A stretch of DNA of 64,000 bases from a candidate division FCPU426 bacterium (lineage in GTDB: Bacteria; Oederibacteriota; Muellerivitia; Muellerivitales; Muellerivitaceae). The stretch is taken from positions 32,374-96,373 of the forward strand of contig JASHNQ010000049.1 of NCBI GenBank assembly GCA_030041545.1. The letters are read 5' to 3'. Below, one piece after another: positions 50,356-60,855 of this stretch. A program made the position numbers and the translations under genes. Below the pieces are notes generated by a model. It saw only the letters and a program-made list of their open reading frames with translations. It made no database searches and was not told where the DNA came from. The first letter of the stretch is position 1; every line of letters begins with the position of its first letter.

Positions 50356-51537
50356 TTAAGAAAAAAGCTTTTTAATGTTCCGCAAGGCTTGGCGGATGCG
50401 GTCCTTGTTCTCCACCAATGCGATTCGGACGTAACCCTCGCCTAGGCTCCCGAAACCCGATCCCGGCGAAACGCCCACCTCGGCGTCCTTCAATAGCATC
50501 ATGGAGAAATCGAGCGAGTTCATCTTGGAAAACCGTGGCGGGACCTTGGCCCAAAGATACATGGCCGCTTTAGGCTTTTCCACGGGCCAACCCATCTTGT
50601 TCAGGCCCGCGGCCATGATGTCGCGGCGTTCCTGGTAGATGGCGGCCAGCTTCCTCAAATTTTCCTCGGGACTGTCCAGCGCCGTGATGGCAGCCACCTG
50701 GATGGGGGTGAAGATGCCGTAGTCCATATAGCTCTTCAAGCGGGCCAAAGAGGCGATGACCTTCGCGTGTCCGGCCGCGAAGCCGATGCGCCATCCCGCC
50801 ATGTTATAGGATTTGGACAGGGTGAAAACCTCGATGCCCACATCCTTGGCCCCCGGCGTGGCCAGGAAGCTGGGGGATTTGTAGCCGTCGAACACAATGT
50901 CGGCATAGGCCAAGTCGTGAACCACCAGGATCTGGCTTTTCTTGGCCCAAGCCACGATCTCTTTGAAGAAAGCCTGTTCCACACTGACGGTAGTGGGATT
51001 ATGGGGGAAGTTGAGGATGACCATCTTGGGCCGGGGCTTGGCTTTGGCGTGGGCCTTAAAGAGGGCCTTGAGGAAGGCTTCCGGCCCGTCCAGGATGGGA
51101 ACGGAAACCAGCTGCCCCCCAGCGATGATCACACTGTAATGGTGAATAGGGTAAGTGGGATTGGGCACCAGCACCTTGTCGCCCCGGTTCAAGACCGCAA
51201 GACCCAAATGCCCGAGCCCCTCCTTGGACCCTATGACCGAAACCGCCTCCGTATAGGGGTTGATGGAAACGCCATATTTACGGTCATACCAGCGCGAAAC
51301 CGCCTTCAGCAGGGCCGGAATACCCTTGGACGTGGAATAACGGTGGGACTTTTTGTCCTGGACCACCTCGATGAGCTTGTCCACGATGGGCTGGGGCGTG
51401 GGGTTGTCGGGGTTGCCCATGGTGAAGTCAATGACGTCTTTTCCCTGCCGACGGGCGGCCAATTTTTCCGCGTTCAAGCGCGCGAAAAGGTAAGGGGGGA
51501 ATTTCTTGATGAGGTTGGATTCAGTTTGGATTGGCAT
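50356..51537 (-). CDS. Class I PLP-dependent aminotransferase (possibly LL-diaminopimelate or alanine aminotransferase-like)
   Basis: 393-aa ORF; …FTMGNPDNPTP…, …SKSYNMAGWRIGF…. Confidence 0.8.
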   Translation of the reverse strand: MPIQTESNLIKKFPPYLFARLNAEKLAARRQGKDVIDFTMGNPDNPTPQPIVDKLIEVVQDKKSHRYSTSKGIPALLKAVSRWYDRKYGVSINPYTEAVSVIGSKEGLGHLGLAVLNRGDKVLVPNPTYPIHHYSVIIAGGQLVSVPILDGPEAFLKALFKAHAKAKPRPKMVILNFPHNPTTVSVEQAFFKEIVAWAKKSQILVVHDLAYADIVFDGYKSPSFLATPGAKDVGIEVFTLSKSYNMAGWRIGFAAGHAKVIASLARLKSYMDYGIFTPIQVAAITALDSPEENLRKLAAIYQERRDIMAAGLNKMGWPVEKPKAAMYLWAKVPPRFSKMNSLDFSMMLLKDAEVGVSPGSGFGSLGEGYVRIALVENKDRIRQALRNIKKLFS

Positions 51538-51619
51538 TCAACACAGCCTTTAGCCGGTAGCGCTTAGCTGTCGGCAAAGATTTTGAATAATTCTTGAACT
51601 ACCAGCCACCCGCCATCCG

Positions 51620-52579
51620 CTAAAGGTTGACTTTGGGAATGCTCGCAAAGCGGTGGTATTCGGCGGCTCGCTTCTTGAGCTTGGCTTTGTTTAAGCCTGC
51701 GATGGTTTCGGTTCCGAAACCTTGGACCGTAAAAGAAGCCACCAAGTTACCGGCGATGACTGCCTGCTTGAGGATGTCCGGGGTCAGTTTGCCCGACCGG
51801 GCCACATGGCCGATGAAGGCTCCCGCAAAGGTATCGCCCGCACCGGTTGGGTCGATCACATAATCCAACGGCACGGCCGGAGAAAGGAAGGTCCAACCCG
51901 GGCCGAACAACATGGCGCCATGCTCCCCCTTTTTTACGATAACGGTCTTGGGGCCCATTTTCTGCAAGGCGCGGGCGCCCTTCATCAGGTGCATTTCACC
52001 GGTTAATAGCCGTATTTCCTGGTCGTTCACCACCACCAGATCGGTCTTTTTCAACACCTTCACAAGGGCCGGCTTGGTGATGTTGATCCAAAGGTCACGG
52101 GTGTCTAAAACCACAAACTTCGGCCTGATCATTTGCCTCAAAACATTCATCTGTAGGTCGGGATGGATGGCGGCCAGGAACACGAAGGGGATATGGCGCG
52201 CAAGACCCGTAACATGGGGGTCAAATCGCTCGAAAACCCCCAAGTCAATTTTAACCGTGTGAGCCACGGCCATGTCGTTCTCGTAATAGCCCTTCCAATA
52301 AAAGGTCTTCCCCTTTTCACGGATCACTAGATCAGTGTTTATTCCATGCCGTTTGAGCATGGACAGGTCCGAATCCTTAAAATCGTCCCCCACCACCCCC
52401 ACCATTTTGACAGGTACGAAAAGCGAAGCCGCCAGGCTGGAATAAGTGGCCGCGCCGCCCAAAACCCGGTCCTTGGAGCCATAGGGGGTTTTCAAGCCGT
52501 CATAGGCCACTGATCCGACGATGAGAACTTCGGACATTTCCATCTCCGTTGTTGCCGTCATTGCGAGCCAACGCACCAA
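51620..52579 (-). CDS. PfkB-family carbohydrate kinase
   Basis: …DPTGAGDTFAGAFIG… PfkB signature 2; N-terminal GG motif; true start may be the internal MSEVLIVG. Confidence 0.8.
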   Translation of the reverse strand: MVRWLAMTATTEMEMSEVLIVGSVAYDGLKTPYGSKDRVLGGAATYSSLAASLFVPVKMVGVVGDDFKDSDLSMLKRHGINTDLVIREKGKTFYWKGYYENDMAVAHTVKIDLGVFERFDPHVTGLARHIPFVFLAAIHPDLQMNVLRQMIRPKFVVLDTRDLWINITKPALVKVLKKTDLVVVNDQEIRLLTGEMHLMKGARALQKMGPKTVIVKKGEHGAMLFGPGWTFLSPAVPLDYVIDPTGAGDTFAGAFIGHVARSGKLTPDILKQAVIAGNLVASFTVQGFGTETIAGLNKAKLKKRAAEYHRFASIPKVNL

Positions 52580-52651
52580 CCCTTTGACTTTACCCAGGGC
52601 CCCGAGGCTCTTGAAGGGTCGACGCGTTTATTCCGGAATGACGGCTAGGGC

Positions 52652-53086
52652 TTAGCTCGGATCGAATAAGGCGTATTTTCGATTGATGCAAAAAACGATG
52701 AACACTAACACCGCCAACAGGGTGTCCCCTGTCAATTTGAGGATGAGGGGATTGTCCTCGTGCTTGTTGCATTTCACCCGCAAGCCATGGGCCGTTTCGC
52801 CCACAAAATAGTAGTGTTTGGAGTGGTCATAAGTAAGGGGTTTCAGGTAACCAGCTTGAACCAGTGCATTCTCGTCAATGTCTTCAGTAACAGGCTTGGA
52901 GGGGTTGGCCGCGTTCCACAGGTCCACGGCCTTTTGGAGGGTTTGGATACGGGCATAGCAGTCCAATTCGTCCCGTGGGATCAAAACCTGGCGCAGGATA
53001 TAGACCGACATGAAGGTGAACACCCAGCAGGCCGCGTAAATTAGCAAGCCGGTCTTCCAAGTCAGTTTTTTGGGTTTGGAATCCAT
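52652..53086 (-). CDS. Hypothetical protein with N- and C-terminal hydrophobic segments
   Basis: ORF 52652..53119; start at MDSKPKKL; no family recognised. Confidence 0.4.
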   Translation of the reverse strand: MDSKPKKLTWKTGLLIYAACWVFTFMSVYILRQVLIPRDELDCYARIQTLQKAVDLWNAANPSKPVTEDIDENALVQAGYLKPLTYDHSKHYYFVGETAHGLRVKCNKHEDNPLILKLTGDTLLAVLVFIVFCINRKYALFDPS

Positions 53087-53146
53087 TTTGCCCCCGAAAA
53101 ATTCCACAAAGTATAGCAAGGAAAACAGGGCCTAGCTGAAAAACCT

Positions 53147-54265
53147 TTAGCCCCGCCCGGTCACCAGGACCGGGCGACGGGTGGCGTAGGAGATGTTCAG
53201 CAGAATGCCTACGGCCGCATAGCTGAACATGAGGGACGAGCCTCCGTAACTGATGAAAGGAAGGGTCAGGCCCGTTACGGGCAGGAGGCCCACGGTCATC
53301 CCCACGTTGATGATGATTTGTACCGTGAACATCGACGCAATACCCAAGGCCAAGAGCGAGCTTTCCCTGTCCCGGGCCTTACGGGCGATCTCAAAGGACC
53401 GCCGGATCATGAAGAAGTAAAGCCCCAGAACGACGACACAGCCCACAAAACCCCATTCTTCCCCAACGACCGAGAAAATGAAATCCGTGTGGTGCTCGGG
53501 GATGAAGGAAAGCTGGGTTTGGGTGCCCTGCATGTAGCCTTTTCCCGAAATGCCGCCCGATCCGATGGCAATCATGGATTGGATGATGTTGTAACCCGCC
53601 CCCAGGGGGTCATCCTGGGGGTTGACAAAAACCTCCAGCCTTTCCTTTTGGTAATCCTTCAGGAAATGCCAAACGAGGGGACAGGAAGAAAGTCCAAGGA
53701 CAAAAAGCCAGGTAAGCCACTTGGCCGGAACGCCCCCGACGTACATCAGGATAATGGAAACCGGCACCAGCAAGAGCGCCGACCCCAAATCCGGTTGCTT
53801 TAAGATGAGGATCAGGGGCAGCCCCAACATGGCCATTAGGAAAAAAAGCTTGCCCAAGTAGAACAATTCCACCGTCTTGCTTCCGATATACCGCGCCAGG
53901 ACCAAGAGCACTGAAAGTTTAGCCAGTTCGGAGGGCTGGTACGAAAGGATTCCCAATTTAATCCAGCGTCTGGCGCCGTTGGTTTCGTCACCGATCACTA
54001 AAACCGCCAGAAGGGAAACAATGGAAACCCAGTAAAAGATGTAGGAAGCCTCGATCCAAAAACGGTAGTCGATTTTGGAAAAAAGCCACATTCCAAAGAA
54101 GGAGATGCAAAACCAGAACAACTGTTTTTCCCAAAGTTGCGAGATATCGCCGTTATGGGAAGTGGCGGAAAAAACCACGAAAAAGCCGATGATCGAAAGG
54201 GCCAAAACTTCCGAGGCTAAGGGCCAGTCGATGCCTTTCAAGTAGGATTTAATCGCTGCTTTCAT
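53147..54265 (-). CDS. rodA: Rod-shape-determining protein RodA (SEDS family)
   Basis: 372-aa polytopic ORF; …QPSELAKL…, …IPEHHTDFIFS… SEDS motifs; follows PBP2 gene. Confidence 0.9.
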   Translation of the reverse strand: MKAAIKSYLKGIDWPLASEVLALSIIGFFVVFSATSHNGDISQLWEKQLFWFCISFFGMWLFSKIDYRFWIEASYIFYWVSIVSLLAVLVIGDETNGARRWIKLGILSYQPSELAKLSVLLVLARYIGSKTVELFYLGKLFFLMAMLGLPLILILKQPDLGSALLLVPVSIILMYVGGVPAKWLTWLFVLGLSSCPLVWHFLKDYQKERLEVFVNPQDDPLGAGYNIIQSMIAIGSGGISGKGYMQGTQTQLSFIPEHHTDFIFSVVGEEWGFVGCVVVLGLYFFMIRRSFEIARKARDRESSLLALGIASMFTVQIIINVGMTVGLLPVTGLTLPFISYGGSSLMFSYAAVGILLNISYATRRPVLVTGRG

Positions 54266-54326
54266 CGTTTGGCTTTCTTTACGATATTCAAACTCCGAAC
54301 TGCCGACTGAGAACTGCCAACTAACG

Positions 54327-56222
54327 TTAAGGTGCCACTCCCCTCACCGGGGCGGGTGTTGGAACAGGCGTACCGGAAGGCGTCTCCGAGGACGGCGCGC
54401 CGGGGGTCGCGCCGGGCGAGGGTGTCTCCCAGGGGGTGACTTCCTGGCCGAGTTCCGCTTCCATCAATCTTTTGGCGATTGGCGCGGCTACGAATCCGCC
54501 CTCCCCGCCGTTTTCCACCAACACCAGAACCGCCACTTTGGGATCCTCCGCCGGCGCATAGGCCATAAACCAGCCGTCGGTATCCCCATTGGGATTCTCG
54601 GCGCTTCCGGTTTTTCCGGCCACACGGGCACCTTTGATCCGGGCGTTTTTTCCCGTTCCGAAAGGGGAACTGATCACTTTTTCCAGCGTGGCCTTGAGAA
54701 AAGCCAGGTCTTTGGGCACCAGATCGACTTCCCGCAAAAGTTCAGGCGGGTCCTCAAAAACGGTCCTCCCCGTATTCCGGTCCACGACACGGTAAAGGAG
54801 GTGGGGCGTGAATATCTTCCCATCCATGGCCAAACCGCTGATCACATCCAGCATTTGGATGGGGGTGGTCAAAACATAGCCTTGTCCGATGCTCATGTGG
54901 ATCGTGTCGCCGGGGAACCAGGGCATGTGCTGGGTGCTTTCCTTCCAGCGGGGGTTGGGAACCAGACCCGATGCCTCGCCGCTTAAGTCGATCTGGGTCC
55001 GGCTGCCCAGGCCGAACTTCCGGGCCATCCGGTAAATCTGGTCCACCTTTACTAAAAGCCCCACCTGGTAGAAGAAAATATCGCAAGATTCGATGATGGC
55101 CCTTTCAAGGTTGACCCAGCCGTGTCCCGTCGTCTTCGCCCAGCAGCGGTAAGGCCATGTTTTGTACCAGAAAATCCCGGTGCACAAGAAAACCTTGTTC
55201 AAATCAATCACATTATCCTCCAAAGCCGCTAAGGTCGTGATGACCTTGAAGATGGATCCAGGAGGATACTGGACCTGAATGGCGCGATTTTCCAGGGGAT
55301 GGTCTTTGTCCTTGATCAAATCGTTCCAATCCTTGTAGGAGATGCCGCTCACGAAATCGTTGGGGTCGAAATTGGGCTTGCTGACCATGGCCAGCACTTC
55401 CCCGTTTTGCGGGTTGGTGACGATGATGGAACCAATCTGGCTGCCCATCAAATCCTCAGCCATTTGTTGGAGTTTCCAGTCGATAGTCAGTTTAAGCGTT
55501 TGCCCCTGAGCGGGCTCGCGGTGAGCCAGGGTACGCCGCTGGACGCCTGAAGCATCCACTTCCACTTCCACCCCCCCATTCTCACCCCGCAGAATTTGGT
55601 CGTAGGTTTTTTCCACCCCCTTTTTCCCGACCAAATCCCCTTCCTGATAGCCGTTGTCCTTCAATCGTTCCAGCTCGTCCTCGTCGATTTCCCCAATATA
55701 ACCCAGGATGTGGGAAGCCAGTTCGCCGTGGGGGTAATAGCGCTCCGGTTCCATCTGAATGTAGACGCCCGGTAAATGAACCCGGTTCTCCTCGATTTTG
55801 GCGATCAAATCTGGGTCCAGGTGCGATTGAAGGCGAACGGGTTCGAACCTCCGTCGCTGGCGCCGGCTTTCGACCAAACTTTCCAGGGAAGAAAGGGGCT
55901 CCTCCAAAATTTGGCTCAAGCGAACCAGGGAGGAACTGTAATCTTTCACGTCCGCCGGAACCAGGAACAGGGAGTAAGTGGGAACATTCGTGGCCAAGAC
56001 TTCGTTGTTGCGGTCGGTGATAATGCCCCGGGGGGCCCTTTGGGGGATCAATCGCAGGCTGTTGGTGTCCGAAAGGTTCCGGTAAAGGGGATAATTGAGG
56101 ATTTGGAGGTAAAAGAGCTTGATAAAAATGCCTACGAAAGCCAACGCAACCGCAGTGAAAAGGAAGCTCATCTTTTTTTCAGGGGAGCCGCCGAATTTGC
56201 CGCGGGGAAACTTGAAAGCCAA
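54327..56222 (-). CDS. mrdA: Penicillin-binding protein 2 (elongasome transpeptidase)
   Basis: 631-aa ORF; N-terminal anchor, dimerisation domain, transpeptidase with SxxK (…PGSIFKV…), SxN and KTG (…KTGSAE…). Confidence 0.9.
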   Translation of the reverse strand: MAFKFPRGKFGGSPEKKMSFLFTAVALAFVGIFIKLFYLQILNYPLYRNLSDTNSLRLIPQRAPRGIITDRNNEVLATNVPTYSLFLVPADVKDYSSSLVRLSQILEEPLSSLESLVESRRQRRRFEPVRLQSHLDPDLIAKIEENRVHLPGVYIQMEPERYYPHGELASHILGYIGEIDEDELERLKDNGYQEGDLVGKKGVEKTYDQILRGENGGVEVEVDASGVQRRTLAHREPAQGQTLKLTIDWKLQQMAEDLMGSQIGSIIVTNPQNGEVLAMVSKPNFDPNDFVSGISYKDWNDLIKDKDHPLENRAIQVQYPPGSIFKVITTLAALEDNVIDLNKVFLCTGIFWYKTWPYRCWAKTTGHGWVNLERAIIESCDIFFYQVGLLVKVDQIYRMARKFGLGSRTQIDLSGEASGLVPNPRWKESTQHMPWFPGDTIHMSIGQGYVLTTPIQMLDVISGLAMDGKIFTPHLLYRVVDRNTGRTVFEDPPELLREVDLVPKDLAFLKATLEKVISSPFGTGKNARIKGARVAGKTGSAENPNGDTDGWFMAYAPAEDPKVAVLVLVENGGEGGFVAAPIAKRLMEAELGQEVTPWETPSPGATPGAPSSETPSGTPVPTPAPVRGVAP

Positions 56223-56279
56223 CTGAACGCTCCTTCAAACCAGTCGCAAATTTTAAATTCTAAATTGTGACCTTGTCTT

Positions 56280-56771
56280 TCAGGCGGTTGCTGGATCAAA
56301 CCGCCGCTTGCGGAACCTTACCACGAAGAAACAAACAACCGAAGCGGCTAAGGTGGTCGTCAGGAGAGACCGCCAAACAATCCCCCACGCATCGCCTGCC
56401 GGCGGGGCCGAACCGTCCCACTTCAGCAACATCCAAATAAACAATTGGTGGAAAAGGGTGCCTCCAAATACCAGAAGCGTCTGCGCTAAAACCCTTTCGT
56501 GGTAAATATGCCTCTTTAAGAAGCTAGCCATGATTCCCGTCACGGTCTTGGAGATGGTATTGGGCCCAATCCAACTGGAGGAAAGGAGGTCCTGAAGAAG
56601 GCCCGCCAAAAAACCCCATCCGGCAGCCTTGGGCACATCGGTCCTTAAACCCACCAACAGGGTGAAAACAAGTGGCAAATCCACGCCCCAGGCCGCCACG
56701 CCCGGCAGTTGCTGGACAAATAGAAGGGCCAACAACCACCAGAATTGCCTCGGAATCAGCATTTGAAACAC
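56280..56771 (-). CDS. mreD: Rod-shape-determining protein MreD
   Basis: 163-aa hydrophobic ORF directly after mreC. Confidence 0.8.
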   Translation of the reverse strand: MFQMLIPRQFWWLLALLFVQQLPGVAAWGVDLPLVFTLLVGLRTDVPKAAGWGFLAGLLQDLLSSSWIGPNTISKTVTGIMASFLKRHIYHERVLAQTLLVFGGTLFHQLFIWMLLKWDGSAPPAGDAWGIVWRSLLTTTLAASVVCFFVVRFRKRRFDPATA

Positions 56772-56838
56772 CTTATCAAACTAAATTCTAGGTTATGGTT
56801 AGAAGCTCGAAGTTAAAATTCCTAACTACTCTTTGTCG

Positions 56839-57669
56839 TTATTGGTACACATCCACCGGCGGCAGGATAAAAATGTAATCCAACGCCGCGAAGTCCACCG
56901 AGGGCGCCACTTGGATTTCGGTATTTAAGCCGTTTTCGGATTCGGTCTTCTTCACCACGGTCCCAATGGCGTATCCTTTGGGAAAAATCCCGCCCATGCC
57001 CGAGGAAACCAAGACGTCGTCCTTTTGGATGTCCTCGTTCGGGTTGACATAGGCGTAGCGGAGTTGGTTTCGCCCCGTGCCCTCGACGATGCCGGTCACA
57101 TTGGACCGCCGATCGATGCCAGCCACGCTGGAACCGCTGTCCGTTAATAAAAGCACCCTTGAGTTTTTCGGGGTGACTTCCAAAACCCTGCCCACCAATC
57201 CCTGCTCGGAAATGACCGGCGAGTCCGCCTGCACGCCGTCGTCCGACCCCAAGTCCACGACAAAGCTGCTGTCCCAGGTGCTGGGGTCGTGCGCGATGAT
57301 TCGGGCGATCTTGGCGGTATGGGGCAGGCGCGCCTTGATCTGCAAAACCTCCTGGAGCCGGGATAATTCGGACTCCAGCGATTTATGGTTGGCCAATTCG
57401 AGCCGCAGGGACTGGTTTTCCAACTGCAGCCGTTCCACCTCCTGGTGCAGGGTTCTCAATTCGCGCAGGGCGTTCAGGGTGTTCTCAGGGAAGGTGATCA
57501 ACCAGGCAATGGACTTTTGAACCGGAAGCCAAACCGAAAGGGAAAATTCCTTCAACACGGCCCCGGACTCGGTGTGATGATTATTGCGCTGAACCAAGAG
57601 CCAAATGCATAACAGGAGGAGGGCGACCAGGAAAAACCTGGAAAGGTTTTTGAGGAAAAATTTCAGCAT
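56839..57669 (-). CDS. mreC: Rod-shape-determining protein MreC
   Basis: N-terminal anchor, coiled coil (…LHQEVERLQLENQSLRLELANHKSLE…), beta-rich C-domain. Confidence 0.85.
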   Translation of the reverse strand: MLKFFLKNLSRFFLVALLLLCIWLLVQRNNHHTESGAVLKEFSLSVWLPVQKSIAWLITFPENTLNALRELRTLHQEVERLQLENQSLRLELANHKSLESELSRLQEVLQIKARLPHTAKIARIIAHDPSTWDSSFVVDLGSDDGVQADSPVISEQGLVGRVLEVTPKNSRVLLLTDSGSSVAGIDRRSNVTGIVEGTGRNQLRYAYVNPNEDIQKDDVLVSSGMGGIFPKGYAIGTVVKKTESENGLNTEIQVAPSVDFAALDYIFILPPVDVYQ

Positions 57670-57735
57670 GAAGTTCCGGTGATGCAGGCATCAGGTTTTA
57701 GCTGAACCCTGACACCTGGAACCTGGCACCTGCCT

Positions 57736-58776
57736 TTACACGTATTCTTTCTCAAGGACGGAAATACGCTTGAGGAAATCCATGGAGCGGTCCAGCAAAT
57801 GCCCCGCGCCCATGGCGACCGCCGTGGTGGGATCGTCCGCCAGGTTCACCGGTACGCCCGTTTCGTCCCGGAGGCGCTCGTCCAGGTTCTTCAGGAGGGA
57901 GGACCCGCCGGCCAGGATGATGCCCCGGTCCACGATGTCCGCCGCCAGCTCGGGCGGAGTGCGTTCCAGCGTCATCTTGATGGTTTCAATGATGGGAACC
58001 AGGGGTTCCTCCAAGGCGCCGCGCACTTCCTCGCTGGTCAGCTCGATGGTTTTTGGCAGTCCGGTCACCAGGTCGCGCCCCTTGATCTGCATGCGCAACT
58101 CCTGCTCCAAGGGGAAGGCCGACCCGATCTGGATCTTGATGTCCTCCGCGGTCCTTTCTCCTACCAGGATATTGTAGGTGCGCTTGATGTAATTGATGAT
58201 GGCCTCGTCCAGTTCGTCCCCCGCGACCCGTATGGATTTGCCGTAAACAATATCACCCAGCGAAATCACCGCCACTTCGGTCGTTCCGCCGCCGATATCC
58301 ACGATCATGTTGCCCTGGGGCTCGGCGATGGGCATTCCCGCGCCGATGGCCGCCGCCATGGGCTCCTCCACGAGGTAGACTTCCCGGGCGCCCGCCTGCT
58401 CGGCCGAATCGCGTACCGCGCGCTTTTCCACCTCGGTGCACCCCGAGGGGATGGCCACTACGATGCGGGGGCGGATAAGGGAACGCCGGTTATGGACTTT
58501 AGAAATGAAATACCGCAGCATTCGCTCGGTCACCTCGAAATCGGCGATCACACCGTCCTTCATGGGGCGGATGGAAACGATCGACCCCGGTGTCCTTCCC
58601 AACATTAATTTGGCGTCATTACCCACAGCCAGTATTTGGTTGGTGCTCTTGTGCACCACTACCAAGGAAGGTTCCTGAAGGACGATGCCACGGCCCTTCA
58701 CGTAAACCAGCGTCGTAGCCGTGCCTAGGTCGATGGCCACGTCGCTCGAAAACAAACCCAAAAGGAAGTTTAACAA
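57736..58776 (-). CDS. mreB: Rod-shape-determining protein MreB (actin homologue)
   Basis: …[28 protein letters not shown]…, …[15 protein letters not shown]…. Confidence 0.95.
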   Translation of the reverse strand: MLNFLLGLFSSDVAIDLGTATTLVYVKGRGIVLQEPSLVVVHKSTNQILAVGNDAKLMLGRTPGSIVSIRPMKDGVIADFEVTERMLRYFISKVHNRRSLIRPRIVVAIPSGCTEVEKRAVRDSAEQAGAREVYLVEEPMAAAIGAGMPIAEPQGNMIVDIGGGTTEVAVISLGDIVYGKSIRVAGDELDEAIINYIKRTYNILVGERTAEDIKIQIGSAFPLEQELRMQIKGRDLVTGLPKTIELTSEEVRGALEEPLVPIIETIKMTLERTPPELAADIVDRGIILAGGSSLLKNLDERLRDETGVPVNLADDPTTAVAMGAGHLLDRSMDFLKRISVLEKEYV

Positions 58777-59069
58777 TCCCAGCTCCTTTGGCGGGCCCAG
58801 ACGGACCCACGCTTAAAATGAAGTCGACGCAATTGGGGCGATTCCGCGACCCCGTCATCCTTAATTTTTGCAGGGCAAAAAAAGAACCCCAGTTGAAAAA
58901 CCGGGGGGTTATGGAAAACGCGGAAAGCCTTCAAATCAGGGGATGTAGTGTAACACAGAGATTTGGGGAGTCCAATGCTTTTCCAGGGTCCGGCAGCTCC
59001 ACGGACATTCCGGGCAGGATAAATTCATCAAGAGAAGGGTTTTTCGTGGGGGAAAAGGTTTGATAGCCG

Positions 59070-59537
59070 CTATTTCTTTTCCGTGCCCGTAGGCATGGGT
59101 TTGGAATCGCCGATCCTGGATTTTTCCTTCAGGATTCGCTCGAAGAGCTTTAAGTATTCCTTCTTCAGGTCGGCCGTGCTGAAGTTGCGATATTCGTTTT
59201 CGTTGTACTTTTCGCCCAAGTATTCCTTGCTTTGGCGGATAAAAGTCAAAACAGCCCCGATATTCTCGTCCGCCCCGGTTTCAGAGGGAGTCTCGATAAC
59301 GACTCGCTGGAGGATGCCTTCCCGGTAGCGGGTGATTTGGTCTTCGGATGGGTTGACGATGCCCGTAATCTTGCCTGAGAAACTCTCGATGAAGAAAAGG
59401 ACTTCCACTTCCTTTCCGTATAATTCCGAAACCGGTGTTGCCGCCGATGATTTGGGTTTGCCCTGCAAATCAGCCCCGCACTCCCTGCAGAACTTGCTTT
59501 GAGGGTCGTTTTTAGTGCCACATTGGGCGCATTTCAT
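59070..59537 (-). CDS. Zinc-ribbon domain protein (155 aa), hypothetical
   Basis: MKCAQCGTKNDPQSKFCRECGADL double CxxC. Confidence 0.5.
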   Translation of the reverse strand: MKCAQCGTKNDPQSKFCRECGADLQGKPKSSAATPVSELYGKEVEVLFFIESFSGKITGIVNPSEDQITRYREGILQRVVIETPSETGADENIGAVLTFIRQSKEYLGEKYNENEYRNFSTADLKKEYLKLFERILKEKSRIGDSKPMPTGTEKK

Positions 59538-59894
59538 GACTGTTTGTCTCCACTGGAGAAGAAATGGGGGTCACTATACCACGGCATTTTCACGTTGCAA
59601 GAGCTTTTACCCTAAAATTTCACGTTTTCCCATTTTAATATTCTAACGGTCTTTTGCCAAATTCCTAAAGTTATTTTCGCAAGGCTGAAATCATTTTCAG
59701 CAGTTCACATGTTAAGAAACCGTAAATAGCATGTGGATCCTTGTACAGCTTTCCAAAGGCGCTGATACCTCAACCGATGGCAAGAAAAAGTTGGATTGCA
59801 CATTTTCGAAGTCTTGGTTTCAAGAATGGAAAATCTAAAAAAATTTTTAACTTTTTGATTGAATGCACAAATAATCTGATATAAGTTTGTGCCC

Positions 59895-60068
59895 ATGTTT
59901 CATCCTCAACGCCAATTAATGGTTGATGCGTCGGGGCAGGCGGCCGTCGAGTACCTGCTGACATTGACGGTGGTTTTTCTAGCTTTTACCGGCGTGTCGG
60001 TTTTGTTTTCGAACCAGGTTAACCATTATCTCTCCCTGCTGTTCAAAATGATCACACTGCCGTTTTAA
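59895..60068 (+). CDS. Flp-family type IVb pilin-like protein (57 aa; below ORF-track cutoff)
   Basis: Hand translation MFHPQRQLMVDASGQAAVEYLLTLTVVFLAFTGVSVLFSNQ…: G/QAAVEY processing motif followed by hydrophobic helix. Confidence 0.5.
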   Translation: MFHPQRQLMVDASGQAAVEYLLTLTVVFLAFTGVSVLFSNQVNHYLSLLFKMITLPF

Positions 60069-60094
60069 TTTGATTTGTTGAAAGGAGAAGTCCA

Positions 60095-60298
60095 ATGAGA
60101 AAGTTAAGTCAAAAAGGCCAGGGAATGACCGAGTACATCTTGATCGTGGCCTTGATTGCCGTGGCAGTCATTGGAGCCATGAAATTTTTTGGTTCCAAAG
60201 CCAAGGAAGGTTTCCATACTGCCGGGGATGATCTATCTAAAGCTGTTCAATCCGGGGACAAAAGCAGCTCCGATCAAAACGGCACCCAGATTAGATAG
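60095..60298 (+). CDS. flp: Flp-family type IVb pilin
   Basis: MRKLSQKGQGMTEYILIVALIAVAVIGAMKFF… Flp motif (G/xTEY…hydrophobic). Confidence 0.75.
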   Translation: MRKLSQKGQGMTEYILIVALIAVAVIGAMKFFGSKAKEGFHTAGDDLSKAVQSGDKSSSDQNGTQIR

Positions 60299-60309
60299 CC
60301 AGCTTTAAA

Positions 60310-60855
60310 ATGAATTTTCAAACTTTAAAAAATCCCAAGGGGCAATCAGCCTTTGAATTCGTCTTGATTGCCCCTTTGATTTTTTTTATCTTCTTCGCCA
60401 CGATCCAGGTTTCCTATATGGCCTATGCGTCTTTTGCCGTCCAAAGGTCCGCCTTAGCCATCGCGCGAATGGCCTCCTTGGGCGGGATCAGTAATTCAAC
60501 CGTCTTCAAAACTCAACTTGCGATCGCGCTCCTGCCCATTTCCAATCTGAGTCAAAAAGCGCTTTTTACCATTTTAGCCAGCGATTGCAAAGTTAATGAA
60601 TCCACCAACAAGCAGACAATCAATGTCCAAGTCCGCTATCCGATGCCCATTTGGGTTCCGTGGGTCGGCAAGGTGTTTGGCCAAACCTTGGTCCCGGCCG
60701 CCGATTACAACAATTCACCGGCCGGTCAAGCCATCAAAGACATTTTCAACATGTTGAGAATGCCGGTACCAGATTTGTCCTTCAATGGGGTCCGTCTCCC
60801 CGTCTATTGGATCCATTTTGAAGCCACCACTTTTAATGAGGCTTATGGTCGTTAA
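60310..60855 (+). CDS. TadE-like pilus assembly/pseudopilin protein
   Basis: …GQSAFEFVLIAPLIFFIFFATIQVSYM… TadE N-terminal domain. Confidence 0.7.
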   Translation: MNFQTLKNPKGQSAFEFVLIAPLIFFIFFATIQVSYMAYASFAVQRSALAIARMASLGGISNSTVFKTQLAIALLPISNLSQKALFTILASDCKVNESTNKQTINVQVRYPMPIWVPWVGKVFGQTLVPAADYNNSPAGQAIKDIFNMLRMPVPDLSFNGVRLPVYWIHFEATTFNEAYGR

